Assembly: GCF_037042905.1 (NCBI RefSeq)
Contig: NC_087252.1
Location: forward strand, 18,416,001 to 18,480,000
DNA from: Lytechinus pictus
Taxonomy: Eukaryota
Reading direction: 5' to 3'
Length of the DNA: 64,000 bases
Shown here: positions 63,307-64,000 of the stretch, piece by piece
How the letters are laid out: every line of letters begins with the position of its first letter
How positions within the stretch are numbered: the stretch's first letter is position 1
Program-made: the position numbers and the translations under genes
The notes under the pieces: model-generated
Database searches by the model: none
What the model was told of the DNA's origin: nothing
The model's input: only the letters and a program-made list of their open reading frames with translations

Positions 63307-64000
63307 GCCCTCTCTTGTCCTTTTATTGTCAGTTTGTTTGAGTTTTTGACCTTATTTCTGCTGTTTTCTCTAACTCCGTAGTTGTCCTTATTTCTGAAGC
63401 TTTCAGTTTACGATTCCGTGGTTGTATTGTTTCTCCGGTTATCTGTATCTGCACGCCCTCTCTTGTCCTTTTATTGTCAGTTTGTTTGAGTTTTTGACCT
63501 TATTTTTGCCGTTTTCTTTAACTCCGTAGATAGAATTATTTCCAAAGCTTTCTTTATAATTCCGTGTTTGTCCTTGTATCTCCGGTTATCTGTATCTACA
63601 CAGCCTTCTTTAATTCTGTAGATGTCCTAATTTCTGCAGTTATCTTTATCTCCGAAGCTTTGCTTAATTCTGTGTTTGTCCTCATGTCTGCATTTCTTTT
63701 AATTTCGAAGTTTTCTTTAATTATGTGGTACGTTTTTCTTATATTTCCGCAGATATCCCCGCAGATATATCTCTATTTCCGAAGTTGCCTTTATTTCTGT
63801 TGTAGTTTTTAGGTCTCTGAAGTTTTCTTTAGTTCTGAGGTTGTCTATATTTATGAGGTTGTCTTTATTTCTCTGGCTGTCTATATTTCTGAAAATGTCT
63901 TTATTTCTGTGGAGTCTATTTTTCCTCAAGTTGTCTTTATTTCTGCGGTTGTCTATATTTCTGAAGTTGTATTTAATTCTGTGGATGTCTTTACGTTTCT
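63307..64000 (-). repeat. Right TIR (partial, continues beyond the window)
   Basis: gccctctcttgtccttttattgtcagtttgtttgagtttttgacc mirrors 14615-14659; the inner duplication is mirrored too. Confidence 0.9.

Larger units (their letters stand above)
13726..64000. mobile_element. ~50-kb IS3EU-type DNA transposon (DDE transposase plus HECT gene); right end beyond the window
   Basis: Left end TATGGGCGGCC; 14008-14659 is the inverted match of 63307-64000; two convergent genes lie between the TIRs; IS3-like transposase. Confidence 0.8.

Overview
Eukaryotic, AT-rich, intron-rich genomic DNA; the repeat content suggests an echinoderm or other marine invertebrate (inference). (1) 366-11767 (+): 3' part of a host receptor gene with two Ig domains, a TM helix and three death-domain-like cytoplasmic exons. 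(2) From 13726 to past the window end (about 64.28 kb by TIR symmetry): a ~50 kb DNA transposon of IS3EU type with ~930-bp TIRs. It carries two intact, convergent, spliced genes: a 5-exon IS3/integrase-like DDE transposase (-, 496 aa) and a 13-exon HECT E3 ubiquitin ligase-like gene (+, 701 aa). It is inserted in a Penelope-like fragment that has a hammerhead-like motif. (3) Inside intron 1 of the HECT gene is a young, apparently intact 10.45-kb Gypsy LTR retrotransposon (15722-26173, -). Its LTRs look identical, with non-canonical TA...TA ends and an ATTT TSD. Its protein set is unusual: Gag starts with a helix-hairpin-helix, Pol ends in a PHD finger, and a TatD nuclease ORF with all catalytic motifs sits in the env position behind a splice acceptor. 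Many MITEs, Helentron/HINE-like repeats, a SINE, a tRNA-like gene with a UCA anticodon and satellites fill the rest. All exon models were built by hand from GT-AG sites and phase continuity; no database searches were run.
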